Below, in pieces: positions 1 to 8,030 of a DNA stretch of 24,000 bases. Location: the NCBI GenBank assembly GCA_017649605.1, contig JAGCGL010000062.1, positions 1 through 24,000 on the forward strand. Reading direction: 5' to 3'. The stretch is from Spirochaetia bacterium (GTDB lineage Bacteria; Spirochaetota; Spirochaetia; CADAEX01). The translations under genes and the position numbers were made by a program. The notes under the pieces are model-generated. The model searched no databases, was not told the origin of the DNA, and saw only the letters and a program-made list of their open reading frames with translations. The stretch's first letter is position 1, and every line of letters starts with the position of its first letter.

Positions 1-363
1 ATCTCGCGGGCCAACCTGCGGCTTCAGACCGAGGACCGGCTCCGGGGATGCATAAACTCTCTGCGCCAGGTGCTGCTCCTTTCCGAGAGCAACCCCAAGT
101 ACATAGCCAACGGCGTGCGCCATACCCACGGCCTCTACAACGCTATCTTCCGTTCCATCCTGCGGCTTGTAGGCGAAGAGAAGATTGCATACACCTATGT
201 GGAGAACCTGAAGGCCGCATCCGAATATATCGACTTCAACCCTCAGCCTTTCAAGGATATCTGCCGCATTGCCAAGGATACCCCTATCGAAAGTGTGGTG
301 GTGGACCTGATTCTTGCACTGGTGAATATCGTGGACTTTGTGGATAAGCTGAATATAAAATGA
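1..363 (+). CDS. hypothetical protein, C-terminal fragment (5' end outside window)
   Basis: Frame +1 is open from base 1 to the TGA at 361-363. The track ORF 70..363 is only its GTG-initiated tail. The stop overlaps the next gene's ATG (ATGA at 360-363), which implies co-transcription. I recognised no family motif by eye. Confidence 0.5.
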   Translation: MSRANLRLQTEDRLRGCINSLRQVLLLSESNPKYIANGVRHTHGLYNAIFRSILRLVGEEKIAYTYVENLKAASEYIDFNPQPFKDICRIAKDTPIESVVVDLILALVNIVDFVDKLNIK

Positions 364-1133
364 GAAAACTTTTCCTCCTTCTTTTAATCCTTGTCGCCTC
401 CATCGCTCTTGCAGATGATGTTCCAGGCTACTCAGGCTATGTGAACGACTATGCCGGAGTCATCTCTGACAAAAACAAGACAGCAATGGAAGAGGTGGCC
501 AAAGATCTGGACGACAAAACCGGGGCTCAGATTGCAGTGCTTACTGTCCGCTCTATGGCTCCCTACACTTCTATAGATGAGTTTGGAATGGCTGTGGCCG
601 AGAAATGGAAGGTGGGCGAAAAGGGGAAAGATAATGGAATTATCATTATCCTGGCAATGGAGGAACGAAGAATAAAAATCGAGGTAGGCTACGGACTTGA
701 AGGCCTCCTTAACGATGCCAGGGTAGGCAGAATCATAGACAAATACATTATTCCCTACTTTAACGGAGCAGAATATGGAAACGGCCTGCGCCACGGACTC
801 TTTAAGATCGCAGATATAATCGGCACCGAGATGAATGTGGAGCTGGACAGCAGGACCAAAGAGGATCATACAGCGGCAGAGACCTTGTCTATGGTGGTCT
901 TCTTTATAATTTTTATATCTATTTTTGTACTTATGATACGCCGGATGAACAACGCCAAGCGGACCGGCCGAAGATACTATGGAAGCTCTTTCGGAGCAAT
1001 GTACCCTGGCTATGGCAATGGACGGGGCAGCTTCGGAGGATTCTCTTCCAGAGGATGCGGTGGTTTCGGCGGTGGCTTTGGAGGCTTCGGCGGAGGCGGA
1101 TTCGGGGGCGGTGGCGCTTCCAGAGGTTTTTGA
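360..1133 (+). CDS. TPM-domain (TLP18.3/Psb32/MOLO-1, YgcG-like) membrane protein
   Basis: The N-terminus is a signal/anchor (MRKLFLLLLILVASIALA). TPM hallmarks are 'YVNDYAGVIS', 'TGAQIAVLTV' and 'DNGIIIILAMEERRIKIEVGYGLEG'. There is one TM helix (MVVFFIIFISIFVLMI) and a Gly/Phe-repeat tail (GGFGGGFGGFGGGGFGGGG). This is the classic YgcG architecture, and it sits next to LemA, which is a common pairing. Confidence 0.85.
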   Translation: MRKLFLLLLILVASIALADDVPGYSGYVNDYAGVISDKNKTAMEEVAKDLDDKTGAQIAVLTVRSMAPYTSIDEFGMAVAEKWKVGEKGKDNGIIIILAMEERRIKIEVGYGLEGLLNDARVGRIIDKYIIPYFNGAEYGNGLRHGLFKIADIIGTEMNVELDSRTKEDHTAAETLSMVVFFIIFISIFVLMIRRMNNAKRTGRRYYGSSFGAMYPGYGNGRGSFGGFSSRGCGGFGGGFGGFGGGGFGGGGASRGF

Positions 1134-1146
1134 TTAAGGAGTTGAC

Positions 1147-1713
1147 ATGAAAAACAAAGGATTGATGACAGTTTTAATTATAGTGGCAGTTATAGCCATC
1201 ATCTTCGGATGGTATATAAGCACCCGGAACAAACTGGTGACACTGGACGAGCAGACAAGCTCCACCTGGGCCGAGATCGACAACCAGCTCCAGCGGCGCA
1301 GCGACCTGATCCCCAACCTGGTCAACACAGTAAAGGGCTATGCAAAGCACGAGAGCGATGTCTTCAACAACGTGGCAGAGGCACGGTCAAAGCTGGCCGG
1401 AGCAACTACTGTAGAAGAGAAGGCCGACGGCTACAACCAGATGCAGAGCGCGCTTGGCAGACTCCTTGCAATTGCAGAAAATTATCCGGAGCTCAAGAGC
1501 AACACCAACTTCCTGGCACTCCAGGATGAACTGGCCGGTACCGAGAACCGCATCTCTGTAGCCCGCAAACGGTATAACGACTCGGTGCGGACATTCAACA
1601 CCCAGATCAAGATGTTCCCCGCTTCTATCGTAGCCGGAAACATGGGCTTTGAGAAAAAGTCCTACTTTGAGATTGCAGATTCTGCACGGACTGCACCGCA
1701 GGTACAGTTCTAA
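1147..1713 (+). CDS. lemA: LemA family membrane protein
   Basis: An N-terminal TM helix (LMTVLIIVAVIAIIFGWYI) is followed by LemA-type helices: 'RNKLVTLDEQTSSTWAEIDNQLQRRSDLIPNLVNTVKGYAKHE' and 'AENYPELKSNTNFLALQDELAGTENRISVARKRYNDSVRTFNTQIKMFP'. SD AAGGAG lies at 1136-1141. Confidence 0.9.
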   Translation: MKNKGLMTVLIIVAVIAIIFGWYISTRNKLVTLDEQTSSTWAEIDNQLQRRSDLIPNLVNTVKGYAKHESDVFNNVAEARSKLAGATTVEEKADGYNQMQSALGRLLAIAENYPELKSNTNFLALQDELAGTENRISVARKRYNDSVRTFNTQIKMFPASIVAGNMGFEKKSYFEIADSARTAPQVQF

Positions 1714-2714
1714 GCCTTAATACTCCAGGAAACAGTTTTTCCTGCACAGAGGGGCACTATTCCGTCTGTCACAGCCGGGATGGTGCTCTCTTTTTTTATC
1801 AGCACCAGCTTCTCTTTTGCAGGCTTAAGACCATAGAACTTAGGACCGAATACTGATATGAAATTCTCAAGTTTTTTCAGCTGACCCTGCTGCTCAAAGA
1901 GCTCTGCCATAAGGGGCACTGCATAGGGGGAAGAGTAGATGCCACCCGCCGCCGCTCCAGACTCCTTCTTTGTCTTAAGGTGAGGTGCACTGTCGGAGCC
2001 GAAGAAGAACTTGCTGCTACCAGAGAATGCAGCCTGCTGAAGCGCATCCCTATCCTTGGGCCCTTTCACCACCGGCTTGCAGAAGGTGTGCGGATTCATG
2101 TTAGCCCCGATAACATCATCCAGGGTAAGGAGCAGATGGTGTGCAGTTATGGTGCCGGCTACTCTGTCAGGCAGAGATGCAACAAACTCTATGGAACGGC
2201 GGTCCGAAATATGCTCGAACACCATGCGTAAATCAGGGTATGCCTTGCAGATAGCGGCAAACTCACGGTGGTATTTGTATTCACGGTCAAGGACGAAAGC
2301 ATCGGGTTTCTCGCAGTGGATGGAGAGCACTAAGCCTAAGTCGCTCATGGCTCCCAGCGCCTCTTTTATCTGATGCCAGGAGGTCACTCCGTCCTCTGAA
2401 TTTGTGGTTGCCCCTGCAGGATAAAGCTTGCCTAAAAGGGCGCCGGCTTTTGCCATAGCCTTGACAGCAGAGGCGCTCATCCCAGGGTAGAGCTTGAAGC
2501 TCATAACAGGCTTGAAACCGGGGGCAAGGGAAAAAATCTCGTCACGGTAAGCGGCAAGACGTTCCGGCGTGTTTATCGGAGGCAGGGTGTTAGGCATAAC
2601 CACGGCCTGGGCAAACCACGCTGCAGCATCCCGGACTGTTGTCTTTAGCATAGCTCCCTGCCGCAGGTGCAGGTGCATGTCAGAAGGCTTACGGATAGCA
2701 ATCATTTTTTCCAT
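1710..2714 (-). CDS. pyrC: dihydroorotase (E. coli-type, class II)
   Basis: The 334-aa product is collinear with E. coli PyrC: 'IRKPSDMHLHLRQG' (HxH metal site), 'VVMPNTLPP', 'KLYPAGATTNSEDGVTS', 'VFEHI', 'CKPVVK', 'FFGSDSAPH', 'FYGL', 'VSWSIK'. Its stop codon (1710-1712) overlaps the lemA stop (1711-1713) by 2 nt. Confidence 0.95.
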   Translation of the reverse strand: MEKMIAIRKPSDMHLHLRQGAMLKTTVRDAAAWFAQAVVMPNTLPPINTPERLAAYRDEIFSLAPGFKPVMSFKLYPGMSASAVKAMAKAGALLGKLYPAGATTNSEDGVTSWHQIKEALGAMSDLGLVLSIHCEKPDAFVLDREYKYHREFAAICKAYPDLRMVFEHISDRRSIEFVASLPDRVAGTITAHHLLLTLDDVIGANMNPHTFCKPVVKGPKDRDALQQAAFSGSSKFFFGSDSAPHLKTKKESGAAAGGIYSSPYAVPLMAELFEQQGQLKKLENFISVFGPKFYGLKPAKEKLVLIKKESTIPAVTDGIVPLCAGKTVSWSIKA

Positions 2715-2773
2715 AATTCTTTTCCCTTTTCTTTAATATAAGTTTAAAGTATAATATTTGCAAGGAGCGGATA
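2715..2773. promoter_or_regulatory. divergent promoter region between pyrC and the 2774-13832 operon
   Basis: This 59-nt AT-rich spacer lies between divergent start codons. It contains TATAAT at 2750-2755, TAATAT at 2734-2739, and SD AAGGAG at 2762-2767 six nt before ATG 2774. The exact -35/-10 pairing and the TSS cannot be resolved by eye. Confidence 0.4.
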
Positions 2774-3748
2774 ATGGCCAATAAAACAGTTCTTGTTGTT
2801 CTTCCTGTGGAGGAGCGGCACAAAAAGCTTTTGGAATCGGCATACCCTGATGGAAAGTTCATCTACTGTCAGGAGAATTATCAGGAATATCTGAAGGAGG
2901 CCCAGATTCTGATCGGGAACATTCCTCCCGAGGAGATACAGCTGGGGAAAAAGCTTGAGTTCATCCAGACCAACAACGCTGGTGTGGAGCAGTACACTGT
3001 CCCCGGCGTGATCCCAGAGAACATCAAGTTCTGCTGCGCATCGGGCTGCTATGGCCTTGCAATCTCAGAATATATGATCGGCTGCGTCCTCTCCCTGATC
3101 AAGCATCTTAATGTGTACCGGGTGAATCAGCTGAACCACCAGTGGCTGGATGCAGGCCATGTGACCTCTATCTACGGAAGCAGGACTCTTGTAATTGGAC
3201 TTGGCGATATCGGCAGCGAGTTCGGGCAGAAGATGCATCTTCTGGGTAGCAAAGTGACAGGAATCCGCCGCCATACCGACGAGAAGCCCGACTGGCTCGA
3301 TGCAATCTATCCACTTGAGAAATTGGACGACATAATCGGCGATTTCGACATAGTCGCCCTCTCCATCCCCAACACAAAGGCAACTGCCCACCTTATGGAT
3401 CTGAACCGGCTTAAGAAGATGAAAAAGAGCGCAATCCTGATCAATGTGGGCCGGGGAAATGCAGTGGTGACAGCTGACCTGTGCAAAGCCCTGAACGAAG
3501 GGATAATCGCAGGTGCTGCTGTTGATGTGACAGACCCTGAGCCGCTGCCGCCGGAGAATCCGCTGTGGGATGCACCTAACATGATCATCACTCCGCATAC
3601 TTCGGGGCAGTACCATCTGCCTGAGACCCTGGAGCGGATAATCCGCCTTTCTGCCGAGAACCTTAAGGCATACACCACAGGTCAGCCGCTCAAGAGCATC
3701 GTTGATTTCAAGACTGGCTACAGATCTTTCGCAGAAAGGAAAAACTGA
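2774..3748 (+). CDS. D-isomer-specific 2-hydroxyacid dehydrogenase (NAD-dependent)
   Basis: NAD-binding site 'VIGLGDIGSEFGQK' (GxGxxG), 'ILINVGRGNAVVTADLCKAL', 'AAVDVTDPEPLP' and catalytic-His region 'ITPHTSG'. The substrate cannot be assigned from sequence. Confidence 0.85.
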   Translation: MANKTVLVVLPVEERHKKLLESAYPDGKFIYCQENYQEYLKEAQILIGNIPPEEIQLGKKLEFIQTNNAGVEQYTVPGVIPENIKFCCASGCYGLAISEYMIGCVLSLIKHLNVYRVNQLNHQWLDAGHVTSIYGSRTLVIGLGDIGSEFGQKMHLLGSKVTGIRRHTDEKPDWLDAIYPLEKLDDIIGDFDIVALSIPNTKATAHLMDLNRLKKMKKSAILINVGRGNAVVTADLCKALNEGIIAGAAVDVTDPEPLPPENPLWDAPNMIITPHTSGQYHLPETLERIIRLSAENLKAYTTGQPLKSIVDFKTGYRSFAERKN

Positions 3749-3750
3749 AG

Positions 3751-4899
3751 ATGAGCGCAAACCGAGTGGCTAATTCCGAGACAACTATCTTTACTGTGGT
3801 GAACACCCTTGCGGCCCAGTACAATGCAGTGGGCCTAAGCCAGGGGGCGCCTGACTTCGATACCCCACGCTGGGTGCTGGACATTATAAAAGAGGCCTTC
3901 GATGCAGGACGGAACCAGTATGCACCCATGTCAGGAGTCCCTGAGTTCAGGCAGGCAATAAGCGACATATACCGCACAAAGTATGGCCTTTCCTTCGATC
4001 CGGCCACACAGATCACAGTTACCAGCGGCGCCACCGAGGCTATATTTGACAGCGTATTAGCCCTGTGCGACCCGGGGGATGAGCTAATAGCATTCGAGCC
4101 TTTCTTCGATTCCTATGCCGGAAGCGCAAAGATGGCAGGATGCACCATGAAGGCTGTGACACTGCACCTGCCCGACTTCTCCTTTGACAGGAAGGAGCTG
4201 GAGGCAGCTATCACCCCCAGGACCAAGGCTATAATCATAAACAACCCGAACAATCCGACCGGAAAAGTCTATACAATGGAAGAGCTGACAGTTCTTTCCG
4301 AAGTGGCAAACAAGTACAATCTGACCATCATCAGTGACGAGGTATACGAGAACCTGGTGTTCGACGGACTTAAACATATTCCTACTGCAACAGTGCCAGG
4401 GTTGGCAGAGAGGACTATAACTATAAACTCCACAGCCAAGACATTCTCCGCCACAGGTTGGAAGATAGGCTATATCTGCACCACACCTGCGTTGACAGCT
4501 GCAGTTCAGGCAGTGCATCAGTGGGTGACATTCGCTGTCAACCACCCGATTCAGCTGGCATTCTCCAAGATTCTGCCAATCTCTGCCGAATATTCAAAGG
4601 AATTCTGTGCAGAGATGGAGAAACGGCGGGATTATTTACTTGCAAGGGCCAGCGAATGGGGCTTTGATCCGGTAAAGCCGGAGGGCTCATACTTCTTCAT
4701 GGCAACCTTCGACCGCCTTTCAAAGAAAAGCGACATGGATTTCATGGAGGAGCTTATAAAGACAAAACAGGTGGCACTGATTCCAGCATCACCTTTCTAC
4801 CTGAGCGCTGTTGATGAAGGACACAGGCTCCTGCGGTTCAATTTTGTAAAATCTATGGCAGCTTTGGAACAGGCTGACAAAAATATGAGGTCTCTATGA
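3751..4899 (+). CDS. class I aminotransferase, YbdL / kynurenine-aminotransferase-like
   Basis: Collinear with E. coli YbdL: 'TIFT', 'LSQGAPDFDTP', 'NQYAPMSGV', 'ITVTSGATEA', 'NNPNNPTGKVY', 'ISDEVYE', and the PLP-lysine motif 'NSTAKTFSATGWKIGY'. The ATG lies 2 nt after the upstream stop. Confidence 0.9.
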   Translation: MSANRVANSETTIFTVVNTLAAQYNAVGLSQGAPDFDTPRWVLDIIKEAFDAGRNQYAPMSGVPEFRQAISDIYRTKYGLSFDPATQITVTSGATEAIFDSVLALCDPGDELIAFEPFFDSYAGSAKMAGCTMKAVTLHLPDFSFDRKELEAAITPRTKAIIINNPNNPTGKVYTMEELTVLSEVANKYNLTIISDEVYENLVFDGLKHIPTATVPGLAERTITINSTAKTFSATGWKIGYICTTPALTAAVQAVHQWVTFAVNHPIQLAFSKILPISAEYSKEFCAEMEKRRDYLLARASEWGFDPVKPEGSYFFMATFDRLSKKSDMDFMEELIKTKQVALIPASPFYLSAVDEGHRLLRFNFVKSMAALEQADKNMRSL

Positions 4900-5414
4900 G
4901 CACACTGTTTATAAATGCCTGTATAAGGCCAGAATCCAGAACTCTTAAACTGGCAAAGGAACTCCTTTCCAAGCTGGAGAAGGAGACCGGAACACCTGCA
5001 GAAATTCTTAACCTGGAAGATGCAGACTTAAAGCCACTCAGCAACTCTGATATCGCCAGACGGGACAGAGCTTTGGCAGCCGGGGACTTCAGTGATCCTT
5101 TCTTTAAGTATGCAAAACAGTTTGCAGAAGCAGATATCATAGTTATAGCTGCCCCCTACTGGGACCTTTCCTTCCCTGCTCTGGTAAAGCTTTACTTCGA
5201 GGCTACATCAGTATGCGGCATCACATTCCGCTACACACCGGAGGGCTATCCTCAGGGGCTTTGCAAGGCAAAGAAGTTCTACTACGTGACTACTTCCGGC
5301 GGATTCATAGGAGACCTTGACTTCGGCTTCCAGTATGCAAAAGCCTTGACTACTAAACTTTATGGTATTCCAGATGTTGAGTGCATCAGAAAAGAGGGGC
5401 TGGATATTAAATGA
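4896..5414 (+). CDS. flavodoxin-like-fold FMN-dependent NAD(P)H oxidoreductase (AzoR/AcpD family)
   Basis: The 172-aa product is collinear with AzoR/AcpD: 'ADIIVIAAPYWDLSFPALVKLYFEATSVCGITFRYTPEG' and 'KKFYYVTTSGG'. ATGA overlaps occur at both ends (4896-4899 and 5411-5414). Confidence 0.8.
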   Translation: MSTLFINACIRPESRTLKLAKELLSKLEKETGTPAEILNLEDADLKPLSNSDIARRDRALAAGDFSDPFFKYAKQFAEADIIVIAAPYWDLSFPALVKLYFEATSVCGITFRYTPEGYPQGLCKAKKFYYVTTSGGFIGDLDFGFQYAKALTTKLYGIPDVECIRKEGLDIK

Positions 5415-6553
5415 CTTTTGATTTTAAAGTCAAAACACCTTGCTACATCATCGACACCGATATTCTTGCCGAGAATTTCAGGAATATAAAGAAAAAGGCC
5501 GATGGCGCCGGGCTTTCTCTTCTGATGGCGATGAAAGGGTTTCCCCTTCCAAAGGCATTTCCGTTTATCAAGCCTTTTGTGGATGGCATCTCCGCATCAG
5601 GGCTTTTTGAGGCAAAGCTTGGAAGCGACATGGGAAAGGAAGTGCATATCCACACCCCTGCTTACAAAGCAGAAGATGCTGAAGAAATCGCCTCTATCTG
5701 TTCCCACATTGTCCTGAATTCTCCACAGCAGGCCTCCATTTTCAGCCAGGCAGGCTCTAGGAAGAATCAATTTGCCCTGCGTCTTAATCCCCAGGTCAAT
5801 GCAGTAAAAGAGGCGGTCTACAATCCATGCGGCTCTTATTCACGCTTCGGGCTTACAAAGAACGCACTTGCAGAGGTAAAGCTTGACATCATGAATCGTA
5901 TCTCAGGCTTCCATATCCATGCCCTCTGCGGCAATTCTTCCCAGGATTTCAACAATCTGATCTCTGCGGTCATAGAAAAGTTTGCAGACTATTTACCATC
6001 TGTCTCTTGGATAAACTTAGGGGGCGGGCAGGCCTTTACAGAAGATGATTTTGACTTTGCCGATTTTCAGGAGAACCTGGATATTCTGCATACAAAATAT
6101 CATTTAAAGACCTATATTGAACCCTGTGAATATCTGGTAATGGAATCAGGTTTCCTGGCCGTTACAGTTCTGGATATTGTGCACAACGAAAAAGATATTG
6201 CAATTCTTGATACATCTCTTTCCTGCCATGCCCTTGATGTCCTTAAAAATTATTACCAGCTTCCTGTAGTCTTCCCAGAAGAGTGCAGCGGCAGAACGGA
6301 GCAGAAAACCTACAGCTACCTGCTTGCCGGAAACAGCTGCCTTGCAGGGGATGTATTCGGCGAATACACCTTTTCTGCCCCGCTGAAGCCTGGCGACAGA
6401 ATCATCTTCGGCGACATGGGCTCCTATTCCTTTGCACAGCAAAATTATTTTAATGGAATCAACTTCCCCGACATTGCTTTTTACAGTAGAATGTCTGGGA
6501 TAAAGCCCGTTAAAAGCTACACTTATGCAGAATACGAGAACATCTATGACTGA
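5411..6553 (+). CDS. nspC: carboxynorspermidine/carboxyspermidine decarboxylase-like PLP enzyme
   Basis: The 380-aa product is collinear with Vibrio-type NspC: 'TPCYIID', PLP-Lys region 'LLMAMKGF', 'DGISASGLFEAKLG', 'RLNPQVN', 'YSRFG', 'INLGGG', 'YIEPCEY', 'AGNSCLAGDVFG', 'YFNG'. Confidence 0.8.
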   Translation: MTFDFKVKTPCYIIDTDILAENFRNIKKKADGAGLSLLMAMKGFPLPKAFPFIKPFVDGISASGLFEAKLGSDMGKEVHIHTPAYKAEDAEEIASICSHIVLNSPQQASIFSQAGSRKNQFALRLNPQVNAVKEAVYNPCGSYSRFGLTKNALAEVKLDIMNRISGFHIHALCGNSSQDFNNLISAVIEKFADYLPSVSWINLGGGQAFTEDDFDFADFQENLDILHTKYHLKTYIEPCEYLVMESGFLAVTVLDIVHNEKDIAILDTSLSCHALDVLKNYYQLPVVFPEECSGRTEQKTYSYLLAGNSCLAGDVFGEYTFSAPLKPGDRIIFGDMGSYSFAQQNYFNGINFPDIAFYSRMSGIKPVKSYTYAEYENIYD

Positions 6554-7346
6554 GAAAGAAATAATTGAGAAAATGGTCGATGAATTTGTATGCGACCTTG
6601 GCTGCCCCTGCAACTGCTGTCTGGAATCGGCTGGCGGAATTATGCTTGACGGGGAATATGAAAAATATAAGAAATATGATGGAAAAAAACTTGTTGATGG
6701 CACTGTTTTCAACCTAAAGGAAATGGTTGAAGAAACAGAGGACGGGCTCCGGTTCAAGCAGGACAAAAATGGTGTCTGCATTCTTGTTAAGGACGGCAGG
6801 TGTCTTTTTCAATCAACTTTCGGCAGGAACGTACTCCATTATGAATGCCGGGAATATCCTAGGTGGACAATGCATTATAAAAGTCATGTGGAAAAAATGC
6901 TGTCTCCGGTATGTCCACATGTCACAGAGCTTTTCCTTAAGGACAATCTCTATTTCTGGGATTACATGACACAGGTGATTGAACCTGATCCAGATAATCT
7001 GTTTGAGGAAAGAAGACAGATTATTATGGTTTTGCGGGATGAAAACACAGCCCTGTCAGATGCCCTGGCCCTTCTTTGTTCCAGATACGGAATTGACCAC
7101 ACTTGTTCAGCCGGCATCTCCCTTTCCAAGGAAATCGAGGATATTTTGCGTCATCAGCTTGCCTGCACATTCTTCTGCGAGCTGCTCCAGAAGGGATATG
7201 ACAGAGAATATTTTGAATATACTGTTCCTTACTGTCTGAGCTCTGGTATTAAAATATATGATTATCTATGTGACATCGAGAATCTTAACCGCAACAATAT
7301 TGCGGTTCATTTTAACAAGGCCTGCTATAATGCCATACGGAAATGA
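6546..7346 (+). CDS. cysteine-cluster protein, YkgJ/CxxCxxCC (FliB-like) family
   Basis: There is an N-terminal Cys knot 'CDLGCPCNCC', then 'NGVCILVKDGRCLFQ' and 'HYECREYPR'. This mirrors the family pattern CxxCxxCC ... G-C-x-FL..dG-C-x-IY..RP..CR.FP. I prefer the start at ATG 6546 (8-nt overlap, ATGACTGA, with the nspC stop). An upstream ATG at 6525 is the alternative. Confidence 0.6.
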   Translation: MTEKEIIEKMVDEFVCDLGCPCNCCLESAGGIMLDGEYEKYKKYDGKKLVDGTVFNLKEMVEETEDGLRFKQDKNGVCILVKDGRCLFQSTFGRNVLHYECREYPRWTMHYKSHVEKMLSPVCPHVTELFLKDNLYFWDYMTQVIEPDPDNLFEERRQIIMVLRDENTALSDALALLCSRYGIDHTCSAGISLSKEIEDILRHQLACTFFCELLQKGYDREYFEYTVPYCLSSGIKIYDYLCDIENLNRNNIAVHFNKACYNAIRK

Positions 7347-7358
7347 TATGGGGAATCT

Positions 7359-7991
7359 ATGCTGACATTCAGAGCCGCCAGAAAAGAAGAACAGAAAGAA
7401 ATCTGCGAACTTTTTACAGATGCCTACATGGACTATGATTTTTTCATACCTCTCGAGAATAACCTTGACTGGCGGTGGAAATTTATCTATGAAGTTCATA
7501 TGCTCTCCATAAAGACAAACATAAAAAGAAGGCAGCTTTTTGTCGGGGAAGACGATGGACAGATTATTATGGGGTTTATATTTCAGGATCCTGAGAAAAA
7601 ACAACCTGGATTTCTTGATTACCTCTTTGCCGGTGCTGTACCTGCAATAATTAGGTCTGGGTTAAGCAAAATACTTTTATGGAACTCTATGGATGAACAG
7701 AGCGAAAAACCAATAAAACTTCTTATGAAAAATGAACCACATATATACTATCTTCAGGATCTTGCCGTCAGAAAGGATTCCCAGAAAAAGGGATACGGAA
7801 GCCGTGTCTTTAAGGACTTTCTGATTCCTTATATAAAAAATAAGGGCGGCGGCACCCTTGCCCTGATCACAAACTCCAAAAAAAATTACAATTTTTACTG
7901 CAGGCGAGGTTTTACCTGCTTTGAATCCAGCCAGTTTATGTGCAGAAACACTGCAATTGATAACTGGTGCTTTAGAATGGAAATCGTCTGA
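7359..7991 (+). CDS. GNAT-family N-acetyltransferase
   Basis: Motif A 'YYLQDLAVRKDSQKKGYGSRVFKDFL' (Q/RxxGxG/A acetyl-CoA loop) and motif B-like 'LITNSKKNYNFYCRRGF'. An SD-like GGGGA lies at 7350-7354. The acceptor is unknown. Confidence 0.75.
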   Translation: MLTFRAARKEEQKEICELFTDAYMDYDFFIPLENNLDWRWKFIYEVHMLSIKTNIKRRQLFVGEDDGQIIMGFIFQDPEKKQPGFLDYLFAGAVPAIIRSGLSKILLWNSMDEQSEKPIKLLMKNEPHIYYLQDLAVRKDSQKKGYGSRVFKDFLIPYIKNKGGGTLALITNSKKNYNFYCRRGFTCFESSQFMCRNTAIDNWCFRMEIV

Positions 7992-8030
7992 CTTATTGCT
8001 TTAACAGTAATATTAATATATATATAATAT

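Noticed and set aside
48-347. A 99-aa ORF in an alternative + frame at the left edge.
   Set aside because: It overlaps the frame +1 ORF that is open from base 1 and is ATGA-coupled to the next gene. Its Pro/Arg/Gly-rich translation is typical of an off-frame reading.
1021-1130. Repetitive GGN/TTY codons that look like a tandem DNA repeat.
   Set aside because: This is low-complexity coding sequence for the Gly/Phe-rich tail typical of YgcG/TPM proteins. It is not a structured repeat or a CRISPR-like array.
3065-3760. A 231-aa minus-strand ORF opposite the 2-hydroxyacid dehydrogenase. Similar shadows occur at 6146-6781 (-) and 23149-23844 (-).
   Set aside because: Each fully overlaps a well-supported sense gene, and the translations look like Cys/Arg/His-rich noise.
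6525-6545. The upstream ATG (6525) for the Cys-cluster protein, giving a 29-nt overlap with nspC.
   Set aside because: There is no SD-like sequence upstream of it. ATG 6546 gives the ATGACTGA-type short overlap seen at other junctions in this operon. I keep 6525 as an alternative.
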